Origin: a candidate division WOR-3 bacterium
GTDB lineage: Bacteria > Hydrothermota > Hydrothermia > LBFQ01
Direction: 5' to 3'
Assembly: GCA_027050205.1 (NCBI GenBank)
Contig: JALUCS010000086.1
Span: forward strand, 1 to 10,433
Length of the DNA stretch: 10,433 bases
Below the pieces are notes generated by a model, which was not told the origin of the DNA, did not search any database, and saw only the letters and a list, made by a program, of their open reading frames with translations. Both the position numbers and the translations under genes were made by a program. This document shows positions 6,613 through 10,433 of the stretch, piece by piece; the first letter of the stretch is position 1, and every line of letters begins with the position of its first letter.

Positions 6613-7752
6613 ATGCGTAGGGTAGCCCTCTTCGGTGCCTCCGGCTCTATAGGGAGGCAAACCCTTGACGTCCTTAGGAGACTGAAGGACTTCCGGCTCG
6701 TGGGCGTCTCCGTCCACAACAACACGGAGGCGTTGGCCAGGATCTACGCGGAGTTCAAACCGAAGTACGTCGTAATAACGGGGGAGGCGAAGCCACCCGA
6801 AGGGGTGAAGGCCCTCTACGGCAGAGAAGGGTTGGTTGAGGTGGCATCGGCCGAGGACGTGGACGTGGTGGTTGTGGCCACGAACGGCATAATCGGCGTA
6901 TTCCCCACGATGGAAGCCCTGAAGAGGGGGAAGAGGGTGGCCCTGGCCAACAAGGAGACCCTCGTGGCCTTCGGCCCCTTCGTCAAGGAGGTGGCCCACC
7001 TTGGCGAGCTGGTACCCATAGACTCCGAACACTCCTCCGCCTTCCAGCTGTTAAACGGTGTCAAGAGGGAGGAGGTTAAGAAGCTCATCCTCACGGCCTC
7101 CGGGGGACCCTTCAGGACGTGGCCGAAGGAGAAGATTGCCAAGGCGAGGCCAGAGGACGCCCTGAAGCACCCGACCTGGAGGATGGGGGCCAAGATAACG
7201 ATAGACTCCGCCACCCTTATGAACAAGGGACTGGAGGTGATAGAGGCGCACTTCCTGTTTGACTTGCCGGAGGAGAAGATAGACGTACGGATACATCCCC
7301 AGTCGGCCATCCACGCTATACTCCTTCTGAAGGACAACAGCCTGAAGATGCACGTGAGCCGCCCGGATATGAGGATACCCATCCAGTACGCCCTGACCTA
7401 TCCCGAAAGGGTAGAGATAGACATCCCCCCCTACCTGCCCCCCGACACAGAGGACGTGGTTTTCACCCTTGAGATGCCGGATACGGGGCGTTTCCCCGCC
7501 CTGTCCCTCGCCTACTATGCCTTGAGGCTCGGAGGCACCTACCCGGCCGTTCTGAACGCCGCCAACGAGGTGGCAGTCTACGCCTTCCTTGACGGGAAGC
7601 TGCCCTTTTACGGCATAACGGACGTCGTTGAGTGGGTGTTAGAAGAGAACCCCTACAGAAAAGCAAAGACCTTTGACGAATACCTTGAGGCGGATCGGTG
7701 GGCGCGGAGGAGGGCGGAGGAGATTATCAGAACATACCCAGACCTAAGATAA
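6613..7752 (+). CDS. dxr: 1-deoxy-D-xylulose 5-phosphate reductoisomerase (MEP pathway)
   Basis: GASGSIG, LANKETLV, PIDSEHS, LTASGGPF, HPTWRMGAKITIDSATLMNKGLEVIEAHFLF, PDMRIPI, LNAANEVAV. Confidence 0.98.
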   Translation: MRRVALFGASGSIGRQTLDVLRRLKDFRLVGVSVHNNTEALARIYAEFKPKYVVITGEAKPPEGVKALYGREGLVEVASAEDVDVVVVATNGIIGVFPTMEALKRGKRVALANKETLVAFGPFVKEVAHLGELVPIDSEHSSAFQLLNGVKREEVKKLILTASGGPFRTWPKEKIAKARPEDALKHPTWRMGAKITIDSATLMNKGLEVIEAHFLFDLPEEKIDVRIHPQSAIHAILLLKDNSLKMHVSRPDMRIPIQYALTYPERVEIDIPPYLPPDTEDVVFTLEMPDTGRFPALSLAYYALRLGGTYPAVLNAANEVAVYAFLDGKLPFYGITDVVEWVLEENPYRKAKTFDEYLEADRWARRRAEEIIRTYPDLR

Positions 7753-7822
7753 GGCGGAGGGCCCCACCGAGGACGGCTATCAGGGAAAGGATGAGGGTGG
7801 CCGTGGCCTGTCCCTTGTTATC
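7727..7822 (-). pseudogene. Possible startless 3' remnant of a membrane-protein gene (31 codons)
   Basis: Minus strand reads DNKGQATATLILSLIAVLGGALRLILGLGMF* with host-like codons (GCC, CTC, ATA). It is immediately preceded by an in-frame TAG and has no ATG/GTG start near its 5' end. Confidence 0.4.
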
Positions 7823-7884
7823 CTAAGATAGATGCACTAAACAAAATCTGTCATATTTTCCACGTCCCGAATTCCCCCCGACCT

Positions 7885-7890
7885 TACAAT
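7885..7890 (+). promoter_or_regulatory. Putative -10 box (TACAAT) 8 nt before the ATG at 7899
   Basis: TACAAT-CCCCTTCC-ATG. The spacer is all pyrimidine, so no SD is possible. Confidence 0.6.
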
Positions 7891-7898
7891 CCCCTTCC

Positions 7899-8705
7899 AT
7901 GCTCATCCGCACGGCCGTCGTGCAGTTCAAACCCGCCCTCGCAAACGTAGATAGGAACCTTGAGAGGCACCGCCACTTCATCAAGGAGGCCTTAGAGGGT
8001 GGGGCGGACCTGATAGTCTTCCCGGAGTTGAGCCTGACGGGGTACCTCCTCGGATGGCTGGTCCCACAGGTCTCCCTTAAGCCGGATGACGGGGTGTGGG
8101 CGGAACTGACGGAAGACCTTGGAGAGAGGGTATTGGTGGTCGGGGCGGTGGTTGAGGAGAGGGATATGTTCTACAACGCCATGGTCGTCCTCTCCGGCGA
8201 TGGCATTCTGGGGATACACAGGAAGGTCTATCTACCTACCTACGGTATGTTTGACGAGGGGAGGTACTTCACGGCCGGACCCGGCTTTGAGAAGATAAAG
8301 ACCCCTCTCGGCGAGCTGGCGATTTTGATATGTGAGGACGCCTGGCATATGGACGCCTACTTGAGCCGGGCGGACGCCGACCTCTTCGTACTCTCGGCCA
8401 ACAACCCCCTGCGGGTCGTACAGGGGGGGACGGCGGTTGAGGTCTGGCACCGGATAGCCTCCCTCCCATCCCTCTACTTCGGCACCCCTACGGTGTATGC
8501 CAACCGTGTGGGCGTGGAGGACGGGGTGATATTCTTCGGAGGTTCCCGGATATATCAGGGGAACGGCACCCTCTCGGCGGAGGCCCCCCTGTTTGAGGAG
8601 ACCCTCCTCTTCGGGGAGATAGATACGGCCCTGCGCCGGGCGGCCCGGTACAACTCGGCCACCTTGAGGGAGCATCTGAACCATGCCCTCCGGAAGGGTA
8701 CATGA
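7899..8705 (+). CDS. Carbon-nitrogen hydrolase (nitrilase superfamily), similar to the glutaminase domain of glutamine-dependent NAD+ synthetase
   Basis: Glu-Lys-Cys triad motifs FPELSLTGY, HRKVYLPTYGMFDEGRYF and ICEDAWH, plus YANRVG.EDG..FFGGS. Confidence 0.92.
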   Translation: MLIRTAVVQFKPALANVDRNLERHRHFIKEALEGGADLIVFPELSLTGYLLGWLVPQVSLKPDDGVWAELTEDLGERVLVVGAVVEERDMFYNAMVVLSGDGILGIHRKVYLPTYGMFDEGRYFTAGPGFEKIKTPLGELAILICEDAWHMDAYLSRADADLFVLSANNPLRVVQGGTAVEVWHRIASLPSLYFGTPTVYANRVGVEDGVIFFGGSRIYQGNGTLSAEAPLFEETLLFGEIDTALRRAARYNSATLREHLNHALRKGT

Positions 8706-9183
8706 CGGCGTAAATACCGTCCTCACCCTGGCCGCTGGCCCGGTGGCCTACGCGAGGGGTTTTGACGTGGCCGACATAGTCCTCTTCACCCTCGGCTCCC
8801 TCTTCGCCACCTACTACCTCTCCCCCGACCTTGACCTTGAGGGGACGAGGCCCGCCCGCCGATGGGGACGCCTCTCCTTCATCTGGAAACCCTACTCCTC
8901 CGTCGTCCCCCACAGGGGCATATCCCATTACCCTATCGTGGGCATACTGACCCGCCTGGGGTACCTCTTTCTGGTCTTTGCCCTTTTCTGGTTCTCCCTC
9001 GTCGGCCTCCTCCACTACCTCGGCCTCTCCCCTCCCCGCCTTGACCCGTACGTCGTACTGAAGCCGAGAGTGTGGGGTCCCTTCCTCGCCGGCGCCCTCT
9101 TCGCCGACACCCTCCACATAGCGATGGACTACGTCTGGTCCTCCCTCAAACGGAAGGGACGGAAGCGGAGGCGGAGGCGTTAG
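8683..9183 (+). CDS. DUF2227-family putative metal-binding membrane protein
   Basis: MPSGRVHD start, LSPDLDL, RRWG.L..IW.PY, HRGISH.PIVG...RLGYL, LHIAMD. Overlaps the upstream gene by 23 nt. Confidence 0.85.
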   Translation: MPSGRVHDGVNTVLTLAAGPVAYARGFDVADIVLFTLGSLFATYYLSPDLDLEGTRPARRWGRLSFIWKPYSSVVPHRGISHYPIVGILTRLGYLFLVFALFWFSLVGLLHYLGLSPPRLDPYVVLKPRVWGPFLAGALFADTLHIAMDYVWSSLKRKGRKRRRRR

Positions 9184-10433
9184 TACTCCGAGTAGTCCTT
9201 GAACATCTTCCAGAGGCTCACCCTCCCCGTCCCCTCTACAACCGGCCTCTTCGGAGGCTCGGCCACGGCGAGGTGATACAGATACTCCGGATACTCCGGC
9301 TCAAAGACGAACTCCTTTGAGAAGTTGGTCGTGTATCTCCCCCGTACGAAGGGGTCGCTCTCCAATACGGCCTTCAGGTAGGGTACGTTCGTCCTCACAC
9401 CGAAGATGCGGTACTCGGACAGCGCCCGCAGGAGCCTGCGACGGGCGGTCTCCCTGTCCCTGCCCCAGGTTATGACCTTCGCGATGAGGGGGTCGTAGAA
9501 CACGGGGACCTCGTACCCGGCGTATATGCCGCTATCCACACGGGTGAAGGGTCCGGCCGGCTCCTGAAGGAACTCCACCCTCCCCGTTGAGGGGGCGAAG
9601 TCCGAATAGGGGTCCTCGGCGTTTATGCGGGCCTCTATGGAGTGGCCCACCCTCACTATCTCCCCGAGGTCCAGCCTCTCACCGAGGGCCACCCTCATCT
9701 GCAGCTCCACCAAGTCCAGGCCCGTCGTCATCTCCGTCACGGGATGCTCCACCTGAAGGCGGGCGTTCATCTCAAGGAAGTAGAACTTCCCCCTGTCCTC
9801 GTCGTAGAGGAACTCAACCGTACCGGCGTTGGTGTAGCCTATGGCCCTGGCGAACTCAACCGCCGCCTCCTGTATTTCCTTGCGGGTCCTATCGTCTATT
9901 ACGGGCGATGGCGTCTCCTCTATGAACTTCTGGTGCCTCCTCTGGAGGGAGCATTCCCTCTCACCGAGGGCGAAGACGTTCCCATGCCTGTCGGCTATTA
10001 TCTGGACCTCTATGTGGTGGGGGTTTAAAACGAGCCTCTCAAGGTAGAGCCTGCCGTCCCCGAAGGCCGCTCTGGCCTCCGCCGAGGCTACGGGGAAGAG
10101 TTCCCTCAACTCCTCCGGCGTCCTTACTATCCGCATCCCCTTACCGCCACCTCCGGCGGCCGCCTTGATCATCAGGGGATAGCCAACGCCCTCGGCCAGC
10201 TTCAGGGCAGTGTTTATGTCCTCAACGGCGTCCGTACCCTCAAGGAGGGGGACCCCGGCGGCCGCTGCCGTCCTCCTCGCCTCCACCTTGTCCCCAGCCC
10301 TCTCCATCGCCTCCGGGTCCGGCCCTACGAATATCAAACCGTGGTTTATCACCTCGCGGGCGAAGTCCGGCCTCTCGGAGAGGAAACCGTAGCCCGGATG
10401 TACGGCCTTTGCCCCGGACTTTCTGGCGGCCCA
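9180..10433 (-). CDS. accC: Biotin carboxylase subunit of an acyl-CoA (acetyl/propionyl-CoA type) carboxylase, 5' truncated by window edge
   Basis: Frame is open to the window end (WAARKSGAKAVHPGYGFLSE...). KAAAGGGGKGMR, ERECSLQRRHQK, FLEMNARLQVEHPVTE, EARINAED, RVDSG, YDPLIAKVI. No biotinyl domain before the stop. The exact carboxylase is uncertain. Confidence 0.93.
   Translation of the reverse strand, partial: WAARKSGAKAVHPGYGFLSERPDFAREVINHGLIFVGPDPEAMERAGDKVEARRTAAAAGVPLLEGTDAVEDINTALKLAEGVGYPLMIKAAAGGGGKGMRIVRTPEELRELFPVASAEARAAFGDGRLYLERLVLNPHHIEVQIIADRHGNVFALGERECSLQRRHQKFIEETPSPVIDDRTRKEIQEAAVEFARAIGYTNAGTVEFLYDEDRGKFYFLEMNARLQVEHPVTEMTTGLDLVELQMRVALGERLDLGEIVRVGHSIEARINAEDPYSDFAPSTGRVEFLQEPAGPFTRVDSGIYAGYEVPVFYDPLIAKVITWGRDRETARRRLLRALSEYRIFGVRTNVPYLKAVLESDPFVRGRYTTNFSKEFVFEPEYPEYLYHLAVAEPPKRPVVEGTGRVSLWKMFKDYSEY

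Noticed and set aside
5054..10392. Other overlapping ORFs (e.g. 6391-7032, 6816-7382, 8232-8726, 8488-9117, 9587-10028)
   Set aside because: They lie opposite or within confident genes and have no family motifs.

Overview
Compact, GC-rich bacterial region (about 60-65% GC in core genes by spot counts; heavy use of AGG/ATA codons suggests a thermophile, which is inference). Left block (+), coupled by 4-nt start/stop overlaps: 3' end of a divergent beta sliding clamp (dnaN), transketolase C-terminal subunit, lipoyl synthase lipA and an orphan MreD-like membrane protein. Centre (-): a lower-GC three-gene unit of unknown function, with a putative DUF3103-like lipoprotein followed by two tandem paralogous beta-strand-rich proteins, preceded by a very AT-rich, palindrome-containing divergent intergenic region. 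Right block (+): vWA-like membrane protein, dxr, stand-alone carbon-nitrogen hydrolase and DUF2227 protein, converging on a biotin carboxylase (-, runs off the window). Four genes have a -10-like hexamer 6-8 nt before the start codon and no properly spaced Shine-Dalgarno, suggesting leaderless mRNAs. A startless membrane-protein remnant lies behind dxr. No RNA genes, CRISPR arrays or mobile-element genes were seen. All family calls are from motif recognition, not database searches.
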